A stretch of DNA of 64,000 nucleotides from contig NIVC01002150.1 of assembly GCA_002269645.1 (NCBI GenBank), forward strand, positions 62,001-126,000, read 5' to 3'. A program made the translations under genes and the position numbers. This DNA is from Macrostomum lignano (Eukaryota). Below the pieces are notes generated by a model that saw nothing but the letters and a program-made list of their open reading frames with translations, was not told the DNA's origin and made no database searches. Position 1 is the first letter of the stretch, and each line of letters opens with the position of its first letter. Positions 1-9,400 of this stretch are shown here, in pieces.

Positions 1-377
1 AACAGGTCAATCTGGCTGTAGTTGGCCCGCTCCTCGTGCACCATGAACTCCCAGGAGACGCGGCGGGCGCGGAAGTACAGAAATACCCAATTGTGCAGGT
101 CGCGCCTCACCGCGATTTTTTTCGCCGTCCGGTGGGTGAGAGTGAGCTGCACCAGGTCGACCCCGGCTCGGTTGCTGCTGTTGTTTCTGTTGTGCGCGTT
201 GTCGCACCACTCGAACACAGCCGCAGGGTGGCGGCGACGTCCGGCGTCAGGCGCCCTTTTGACGCGGCGGCGCCGGATCGGCCGGACTCGTTGAACACTT
301 CGCGCGGTAGCGGGCCGAGCATCCGGGCTCGAATTGACTGGGAGTGGGCGGGCAGGGAGCGAGTGCAGTGGCTGGCG
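1..377 (-). CDS. Exon 2 (partial, runs off window) of an unidentified minus-strand gene
   Basis: Acceptor ttaaccatcag|CGC at 378-379 with a branchpoint-like TTAAC. The frame is open from 377 to the window edge: RQPLHSLPARPLPVNSS...RRRRVKRAPD...AVFEWCDN...RRDLHNWVFLYFRARRVSWEFMVHEERANYSQIDL. Phase 0 matches the donor at 858. Not in the ORF track because it has no start codon. Family not recognised. Confidence 0.55.
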
Positions 378-409
378 CTGATGGTTAATTGGTTGGTTGG
401 TTCGCAGAT

Positions 410-744
410 GAGCGGTGAGGGGTTGAGGTGTGAGCGGTGAGGGGTTGGGGTGTGAGCGGTGAAAGATTGAGGTGTGAGCGGTGAGGGATTGAGGTGTGAG
501 CGGTGAGGGGTTGGGGTGTGAGCGGTGAGGGATTGAGGTGTGAGCGGTGAGGGGTTGAGGTGTGAGCGGTGAGGGGTTGAGGTGTGAGCGGTGAGGGGCT
601 GTGGTGTGAGCGGTGAGGGGTTGGGTGTGAGCGGTGAGGGATTGAGGTGTGAGCGGTGAGGGGTTGGGGTGTGAGCGGTGAGGAATTGAGGTGTGAGCGG
701 TGAGGGATTGAGGTGTGAGCGGTGAGGGGCTGGGTGTGAGCGGT
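410..744. repeat. Minisatellite, ~22-nt unit GAGCGGTGAGGGGTTGAGGTGT
   Basis: About 15 directly visible tandem copies, inside the predicted intron 378-858. Confidence 0.95.
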
Positions 745-858
745 AACAAATTTGAGCTTCATTTTTCGATAATGGCAGACCAAAAGGGCCAAGGTAATAA
801 CAAGTTGGGACACGTGCATGAAAAAAGCCGGCAATATGTTTAACTATGATTATGAAAC

Positions 859-1323
859 CTGAACAGATGAAGCGCCCAGCTTCCGAGGCTCCAGAGCCGG
901 GCCCAGCTGATCGGGAGCCACGTATTTGCCAGGCCGGAACAGCTGATCTCCGTATAGCTGCCGCAGTCGCTGCTCAATTCGCTGCCGCTCGCTATCGGCC
1001 CCCTGACCGCAGGAGCCGCGGGCGGCCGAGTTATTAGAGCACGGGCGATGCCAGGCCTGCCTGCGCTCATCCCGCGGGCGGGACTCGAACTCCGAACTTT
1101 CAGGCTGCTTCCAGACCCAGTCACTTGGCGCAACAAGCCGGCGACACCGGCCACCGGCGCCGGGTCCGCCAACCTTCCATGGCGGCAGCGGCGCCTGAGG
1201 CTTCATCCGGTCCAGCTGGCCGAAGTCGAACATCGGCTGCGCCTTCAGCAGGCCGCTGATTGCGTAATCACAGTCCAGCCGGCCGTGCGGCTTGCGGCCT
1301 GACAGCGTCTGGCGGCCGTTCAT
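859..1323 (-). CDS. Probable first coding exon of the unidentified gene (155 codons)
   Basis: ORF 850..1323 (MNGRQTLSGRKPHGRLDCDY...RIEQRLRQLYGDQLF...). Phase-0 donor CAG|GTTTCA at 858 is non-canonical at +3 to +6. CCAAT and TATATATA lie 75-90 nt upstream on the same strand. Confidence 0.5.
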
Positions 1324-1396
1324 TGATTGACAGCTCCGGTTGAATTCTAAGCTACTTTGATAAGCTCACTGGGCTCAGGCAGTTTGCATAGACAAG

Positions 1397-1411
1397 ATAT
1401 ATATAGATTGG
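1397..1411 (-). promoter_or_regulatory. Candidate CCAAT + TATA promoter elements for the gene starting at 1323
   Basis: The minus strand reads gagagCCAATcTATATATAt. Motif match only. Confidence 0.3.
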
Positions 1412-1527
1412 CTCTCCTAAACACCTTCAGCTCTGTTTAGTTGTCTATGGCAGAGAGTAGAGAAAGTCTCTATTTATTGCAATGCAAGTGAAAATTTATG
1501 CGAAGTACTTACTGTTGCTGCCCGACA

Positions 1528-1725
1528 CTCAGTGACCACCGCTGCCCTCTCATATCCTTCAGTGACCTCAGCTGTCCTTTCAGATCCTTCAGTGACCTCT
1601 GCTGCCATCTCAGATCCCTCAGTGACCTCCGCTGTCCTTTCAGATCCTTCAGTGACCTCTGCTACCCTCTCAGATCCTTCAGTGACCTCCGCTGTCCTTT
1701 CAGATCCTTCAGTGACCTCCGCCGC
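1528..1725. repeat. Minisatellite, 30-nt unit AGATCCTTCAGTGACCTCCGCTGTCCTTTC
   Basis: About 6 tandem copies; same family as 5068-5461. Confidence 0.93.
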
Positions 1726-2296
1726 TCTGTTTGGTTCTTCAGCGAGCTGCCAAGCAGAAGACCATTGCATTCAAAAACAGCTTTTCATCAAGTGAGTATG
1801 GTATATTGCAGTAGTAAATACAGCATATCAGACTATTTATTTAGCAAATCACACATGAACCAGTAACAGTGCAAATTATTTCGATAATAGCTATGGAATA
1901 CAACAGTACAGGTGACTCAACTGACTAAACACATGGCAAGATACTGTGGTAATTTGAGCTCTAGAAGCATGCGAGAGTCAGGAGCAGTCGCAGGTACCTG
2001 CACCTCGAGGTCAGAGTTGAGTGCATCATCAATTGGAGCAGAAACATTTATGAAACTGAAGACGTTTGGTGGCGAATAATGTGAAGAAAACGCGATGATG
2101 TACAATCAAACGGAGGTGGTTGACGCTGGTACAGCGATCGGCGGCGCTTCTCAATTTAAATTATGAAAAAATAGCTGAAAAAACCAAATACACTACTCAA
2201 GACTCAAAGCAGTAGTATAACTTGTTTAGATTTGCATTGGTATCAGATGTCAACAAGGCCTTTACTAACTCTGGCGAATCTCTCTGGTAGGGGGTG

Positions 2297-2896
2297 ACAA
2301 ATCTCTCTGAGGGTGGGGGACAAATCTCTATGGAAGGGAGGCAAATCTCTATGGAAGGGGGGCAAATCTCTATGGAAGGGAGGCAAATCTCTATGGAAGG
2401 GAGGCAAATCTCTATGGAAGGGGGCAAATCTCTATGGAAGGGGGCAAATCTCTATGGAAGGGGGCAAATCTCTATGGAAGGGGGGCAAATCTCTATGGAA
2501 GGGGAGCAAATCTCTATGGAAGGGGGCAAATCTCTATGGAAGGGGGCAAATCTCTATGGAAGGGGGGCAAATCTCTATGGAAGGGAGGCAAATCTCTATG
2601 GAAGGGAGGCAAATCTCTATGGAAGGGGGGCAGATCTCTATGGAAAGGAGGCAAATCTCTATGGAAGGGGGCAAATCTCTATGGAAGGGGGGCAAATCTC
2701 TATGGAAGGGGAGCAAATCTCTATGGAAGGGGGCAAATCTCTATGGAAGGGGGCAAATCTCTATGGAAGGGGGGCAAATCTCTATGGAAGGGAGGCAAAT
2801 CTCTATGGAAGGGAGGCAAATCTCTATGGAAGGGGGGCAGATCTCTATGGAAAGGAGGCAAATCTCTATGGAAGGGAGGCAAATCTCTTTGGAAGG
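2297..2896. repeat. Minisatellite, 19-20-nt unit GCAAATCTCTATGGAAGGG(G/GA)
   Basis: About 30 copies just 3' of the stop codon of the active-zone gene. An internal ~198-nt block is duplicated (gcagatctcta variant at ~2630 and ~2828). Confidence 0.95.
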
Positions 2897-2969
2897 TCCT
2901 CGGTAGGAGATTTTTGCATCTTTGACTTTGCCGGAACTCTGGTTTTGACGCGCTCAAGTCAGCGAAGCA

Positions 2970-3448
2970 TCAAATCTGTGCCTCCAGCAGTTTGTACCAG
3001 CCCTGCACCGAGCGGCCGCCTCCAGCGTCACCCGCGCAGTCGTCCACGCAGATGACGGCCTCGCCAAGCCGCCGCCTACCCGGGCCTTTGATCTCGCCGC
3101 CGCCCAGCTCGGAGCTCGCCGAAACCTTCCCAGACAGCAGAGTGGCCTGAAGGAGCAGCAGGCCGCTCGTGGCCGACCTCGCCGCCGCCAACTGTTGACT
3201 GTCGAACTCCATCGTCTCGGCGAAATCTACACCGCTCAGACCGAGCCGCTGGGCCCGGGTTCGACGCCTGGCCCGCGCAGTGCCCAGAAGCGACAGCTCG
3301 CAGCAGCAGTGCAGCCCGGCGGCTGCTGCTACCAAGTTGCGGCACTGGCGCGGCGTCACTCGCAGGCGGCCGCCGTCGTTGGACTCGGCGCTCAAGCGGA
3401 GGTCCAGGAAGAGCTCGCCGGAGACCAGCTGGTCGTCTGGCAGGTCGC
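2970..3448 (-). CDS. Exon 15 (last coding): degenerate C2B domain
   Basis: [29 protein letters not shown]...RLGEAVICV...[12 protein letters not shown]; RIM C2B ends with a similar GWYKL. The phase-1 acceptor ccacctcaaccag|GC at 3449-3450 fits exon 14. An upstream acceptor gtcag|G near 3490 is phase 2 and does not fit, so the 5' boundary is less certain. Confidence 0.75.
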
Positions 3449-6400
3449 CTGGTTGAGGTGGCGGCGGTGGCGGATCGTGAGGAAATTCCCTGACGTGTAC
3501 ATGATTAATTGCGGGTAAGCCTTCTAAATATACTAAATCTCTAAGGTTTGTATGCTTGCTTGCTTGAATGTCCATAACGCTCTAGAGATTGCAATTCTTC
3601 ATTTAGTACTAAATTGGGAAGGTCTTACTCCTCATGAACTTCCAAGTTGTTAATCTTTGCTTCTTTCTAATTTATTTTGGAGAAATGGCATCCTAGGGAG
3701 CTTTGAGGGTCAATTGGGATTAGTGGGAGAAATGGCATCCTAGGGATCTTTGAGGGTCAATTGGGATTAGTGGGAGAAATGGCATCCTAGGGATCTCTGC
3801 AGGCCCATTGGGATTAGTGGGAGAAATGGCATCCTAGGGATCTTTGAGGGTCAATTGGGATTAGTGGGAGAAATGGCATCCTAGGGATCTCTGCAGGCCC
3901 ATTGGGATTAGTGGGAGAAATGGCATCCTAGGGATTTTTGAGGGTCAATTGGGATTAGTGGGAGAAATGGCATCCTAGGGATCTTTGAGGGTCAATTGGG
4001 ATTAGTGGGAGAAATGGCATCCTAGGGATCTCTGCAGGCCCATTGGGATTAGTGGGAGAAATGGCATCCTAGGGATCTCTGCAGGCCCATTGGAATTAGT
4101 GTGAGAAATGGCAACCTAGTGATCTCTGCAGATCCGGTGCAAAGTGCTCACCGCCTCTCTCGGTGCGCGTCGCCTCGCCGATGAGCAGCAGCTGGCCGGG
4201 TCCGAGCCACCGCCTGACTGACTCTCGCTGCTCCTCGGACAGGAAGTCTGTGTTCACCGTGGAGCAGCTGCTGTCGGACTGGCTTGCCGCTGTGCCGCAT
4301 CCGCCCAGACTCCACTGCTGTTGCTCTGCAAAAGTTCACAGAGTGACTGTCCGATCGCCGCTCTCACGAGCTCACAACGTCACTATTTTGGCTCTCAGCA
4401 CTTGATGGACGGGAAATTTGAACTGTCAAGAAGGCTCATTCAAGATGATAGAATTTCGATGCTGAAAATCTGACGGGCTCCTCACCAAGTGCACTGGGTC
4501 CTCGCCCGCCGCCAACGCCGCAGTTCTGTCTGAGTTTTGGTGGGGCCTCTGCAATTTATCCGGCGGGAAGGCGGCAACTGTCTGCGGCTTAGGGATAAAA
4601 GCCACTACTACGGAAGGATAAGGATATTCGTGAGGAATAGAAGGATATCTAGATACCAGGGCTGATAGGTTACAGCTGTCATATTGCTTGTCCCAAAGTC
4701 GCCAACAGCAAATTTAAGTGATGCATTTGCGGCAGCCGCTCCGCAACAAATAATAACCACAGCAAAACAACGGCAGAGGAGGCAAGCGGCAAAAAGCAGA
4801 AAGAGGGAAAATTCGGTCGCCCTGCACATTGGCAACGCAAAGCATCAGTCAGTAACTTAGCTGACCGAACCTTCAATTCAAAGCATTTGAGGGACAGCTC
4901 TGCAATGCACCGCATGCAGAATATTAGTCAGAAAGAAAATAAAAATAAATTATTTTGAGACAAAATTGCACACTTCAATAGCAGAATTTTTCCGGTTTGG
5001 CTTGACTGCTACGTCAAATTTTCCTGTCAAGTACAGCGCTCTCTTCAATCTTTAGTCACTTGCTCCGCGATCCTTCAGTGACCTCTGCTACCCTCCCAGA
5101 TCCTCCAGTGACCTCCGTTGCCCTCCCAGATCCTTCAGTGACCTCCGCTGTCCTTTCAGATCCTTCAGTGGCCTCCGCTGTCCTCCCAGATCCTTCAGTG
5201 ACCTTTGCTGCCCTCCCAGATCCCTCAGTGACCTCCGCTGTCCTCTCAGATCCTTCAATGACCTCCGCTGTCCTCCCAGATCCTCTAGTGACCTCCGCTT
5301 CCTTTCAAACTCTTCCAGTGACCTCAGCTGTCCTCACAGATTCTTTAGTGACCTCCGCTGTCCATCCAGATTGTTTAGTGACCTCCGCTGTCCTCCCAAC
5401 TCCTTCAGTGATCTCGCTGACCTCCCAGATCCTCCAATGACCTCCGCTGTCCTCTCAGATCCTAAGGTCAGGTAAGGTCAACAAAGAGATGCCAAGAATC
5501 CCAGAAGCAGATGCGGCAGTCTCATGCGGGTCTCAGCCGTTAGTAAAATATAATGAATGAAGAAGTTAAATCGAAAGAGAGAATTAATAATCTAACCAGA
5601 TTTAAGCTAAGCTGCTCGACCCGAGGCCGGATTGCAGTTTAAGAACAGTCGACTTTTTCCTATTAATTTTTTTCTTCAACGGCGCTGTTTTAGTAACTAC
5701 GAGTATAAAATGTTCCAATGTATCTCAGACATGCTGGTACTACTGCATTGCTGCCTATGTACAACATGGTTTGTGGTCTTTGGAGAAGAACAGTAAACTG
5801 ACATGCGTAAAACATACATACACCGGCTACGGCTGGTATTGCGCTTGGTAAATCAACAATATAAGCAGTATAAAATAAATGGGAAAGGTTAGGAGAGAGG
5901 AATATCACGCACACACTCACTCACTCACTCACTCACTCACTCACTCACTCACTCACTCACTCACTCACTCACTCACTCACTCACTCACTCACTCACTCAC
6001 TCACTCACTCACTCACTCACTCACTCACTCACTCACTCACTCACTCACTCACTCACTCACTCACTCACTCACTCACTCACTCACTCACTCACTCACTCAC
6101 TCACTCACTCACTCACTCACTCACTCACTCACTCACTCACTCACTCACTCACTCAGACACACTTGCACACACACACAAACGCGCGCTGCGGAGCGCAGAG
6201 AATTGGAATTTGAAATATCGCAAAAAATCTGTGGGCTTGGGGCTCGATTAATTAACATTCACTCTATATACCGTAGGTGTCGGATCTTACCAACTTCTTT
6301 GCCTCTATTCCAAACCGTGAGCACAGTTGTGAGCTCAGCTCTGGCTTAGCTATTCTATAGTGCTCACGGCCGGCCCTTTTGGTCATTTCGACCTATTTGC

Positions 6401-9400
6401 TGTTGACGGGATTGTTGGTTGATGCTCAGATTAAGCAATAAATGGCATTCGATGCAAGTTAACCCGCGATAAGGTCAAATAAGAGTACACAAGTAAAAGT
6501 GCAAATTTTCTAGGATTAGCTCACCTTTTCCGGCGGCACCTCCGTTTGCGTTCGGGGTGTCCTTTGAGTGCCGGTGATGCTGACTTTTCTGTCGGTGTTT
6601 GAATTGGGGGATCAAGTCAATCGGGACGATAGAATTACATTATAAGGACAGTAGAGTGACATTAGGGACAGTAGAGTGACATTAGAGACAGTAGAGTAAC
6701 ATCAGGGACAGTAGAGTGACATTAGTGACAGTAGAGTAACATTTAGGGACAGTAGAGTGACATCAGGGACAGTAGAGTGACATTAGAGACAGTAGAGTAA
6801 CATCAGGGACAGTAGAGTGACATTAGTGACAGTAGAGTAACATTAGGGACAGTAGAGTGACATCAGGGACAGTAGAGTGACATTAGGGACAGTAGAGTGA
6901 CACCAGGGACAGTAGAGTGACATTAGGGACAGTAGAGTGACATCAGGGACAGTAGAGTGACATTAGTGACAGTAGAGGGACATTAGGGACAGTAGAGAGA
7001 TATTAGGGACAGTAGAGTGACATTAGGGACAGTAGAGTGACATTAGGGACAGTAGAATGACATTAGGGACAGTAGAGAGACATTAGGGACAGTAGAGTGA
7101 CATCAGGGACAGTAGAGTGACACTAGGGACAATAGAGTGACATTAGTGACAGTAGAGTAACATTAGGGACAGTAGAGTGACATCAGGGACAGTAGAGTGA
7201 CACTAGGGACAATAGAGTGACATTAGTGACAGTAGAGTAACATTAGGGACAGTAGAGTAACATTAGGGACAGTAGAGTAACATTAGTGAAAGTAGAGTGA
7301 CATTAGTGAAAGTAGAGTGACATTAGTGAAAGTAGAGTGACATTAGTGAAAGTAGAGTGACATTAGGGACAGGAGAGTGACATTAGGGACAGTAGAGTGA
7401 CACCAGGGACAGTAGAGTGACATTAGGGACAGTAGAGTGACATCAGGGACAGTAGAGTGACATTAGTGACAGTAGAGGGACATTAGGGACAGTAGAGAGA
7501 TATTAGGGACAGTAGAGTGACATTAGGGACAGTAGAGTGACATTAGGGACAGTAGAATGACATTAGGGACAGTAGAGAGACATTAGGGACAGTAGAGTGA
7601 CATCAGGGACAGTAGAGTGACACTAGGGACAATAGAGTGACATTAGTGACAGTAGAGTAACATTAGGGACAGTAGAGTGACATCAGGGACAGTAGAGTGA
7701 CACTAGGGACAATAGAGTGACATTAGTGACAGTAGAGTAACATTAGGGACAGTAGAGTAACATTAGGGACAGTAGAGTAACATTAGTGAAAGTAGAGTGA
7801 CATTAGTGAAAGTAGAGTGACATTAGTGAAAGTAGAGTGACATTAGTGAAAGTAGAGTGACATTAGGGACAGGAGAGTGACATTAGGGACAGTAGAGTGA
7901 CATGAAAACCTTAGCCAGCCCTACCGCATGCTGCTGGTTAGAGCCCCTCTCGCCGCCTGCGCCAGCACTCGACTGTCGTTGCTGCCGACGCGATGAGTCG
8001 CCGCGAGACTGCGCCGACGAACTGGACGGCGGCATTGGCGGCTGCGGCATCTCCTTCTCGTGCGCGTAGAGCGTGTACCAGCGCGGCTGATTGTCCATCA
8101 GCTTGCGGTCTGAGGGAAGACAGGGGTAGCTAGCTAGGGACATCTAGAGACACGTAGAGACAGCCAGAGACATCTAGAGACAGTCAAATACATCTAGAAA
8201 TAATCAGTGACGTCAGTGACATCTAGAGACAGTCAGAGATATCTAGAGACAATCAGGGACATCTAGAGACTCCTAGAGACAATCAGAGACATCTAGAGAC
8301 AGTCAGAGACATCTAGAGACAATCAGAGACATCTAGATACAGTCAGAAACATCTAGAGACAATCAGAGATATCTAGAGACAGTCAAAGACATCTAGAGAC
8401 AGTCAGAAACATCTAGAGACAGCCAAGGACATTTCGAGATATTTCGGGAAATCTAGAAACAACCCGAGACGTCTATAGACATTAAAAAACTACAGGCAAC
8501 TACGTATGTCTGTAGAAAAGTCAGATTCATCTAGAGATGTTTAAAAAGACAAGCAGATGATGCATCTAGAGGCTTTCAGAGATAGCCAGACAATCCACGA
8601 AAGCAACGGACATAATCAGAATATCTTAATTTGGAAAGCCCGAACCCCAAACCAGCCTCACCCAACCGAATGACGCAGCGTCCCATAAAGTCGTTAGTCT
8701 TGAGCCGGTCATAATCCCACACCGAGATGTCCAGCCAGTGCTTTTTCAGTTCCCGTTTGGGCACGTCCATGAACACCACAGTCTGCTGCCAGTCGGGCTC
8801 CAGCGTGTTAGGCAGGTACTTGATCTGGCGCTGCAGGTCCGCACTGGAACAGAAGGATTATTGTGCTGATTGCAGCTGTATATAATGTATATGAGACCCT
8901 ATCCCAGCTCAACTCAATCTGACTCTTGTTCGCTGTGGCTGCTTTGAGGGGTAGCACGGAAAGCCTATTCAACTGCAAACTAACCGCTTCCATCTCTGCT
9001 TAACCTGCAGTGTTGGCGGCGAATGCGCTAACCCATTCGGATAGCGACCTTATGTTTACGTTAATCCATTTTCAGTGCCTAAGAGTACATCGTCTCATCT
9101 GTCAATCAATTTCCAGTACCTAAGAGCACAGCGTCTCACCTGTCAATCAATTTTCAGTACCTAAGAGTACAGCGTCTCACCTGTCAATCAATTTTCAGTA
9201 CCTAAGAGTACAGCGTCTCACCTGTCAATCAATTTCCAGTACCTAAGAGTACAGCGTCTCACCTGTCAATCAATTTTCAGTACCTAAGAGTACAGCGTCT
9301 CACCTGTCAATCAATTTTCAGTACCTAAGAGTACAGCGTCTCACCTGTCAATCAATTTTCAGTACCTAAGAGTACAGCGTCTCACCTGTCAATCAATTTC

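Noticed and set aside
1-377. DEG/ENaC or polycystin identity for the left-edge gene
   Set aside because: The segment FLYF...EERANYSQIDL loosely resembles the pre-TM2 region of DEG/ENaC, but the inferred N-terminus has no TM1 or Cys-rich ectodomain. The resemblance is too weak to call.
2294-3055. Long ORFs over minisatellites (also 25513-26577, 27399-28363, 46669-47143, 48109-49083, 49914-50578, 5879-6349)
   Set aside because: They are open only because the repeat units lack stops. They lie in introns or intergenic DNA and have no splice or domain support.
4700-4960. Plus-strand reading [13 protein letters not shown]...KENKNKLF as an exon of a nested gene
   Set aside because: No convincing upstream partner exon or recognisable motif; could be chance.
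6645-7901. Interstitial telomere
   Set aside because: TTAGGG occurs once per 20-nt unit, not as tandem hexamers.
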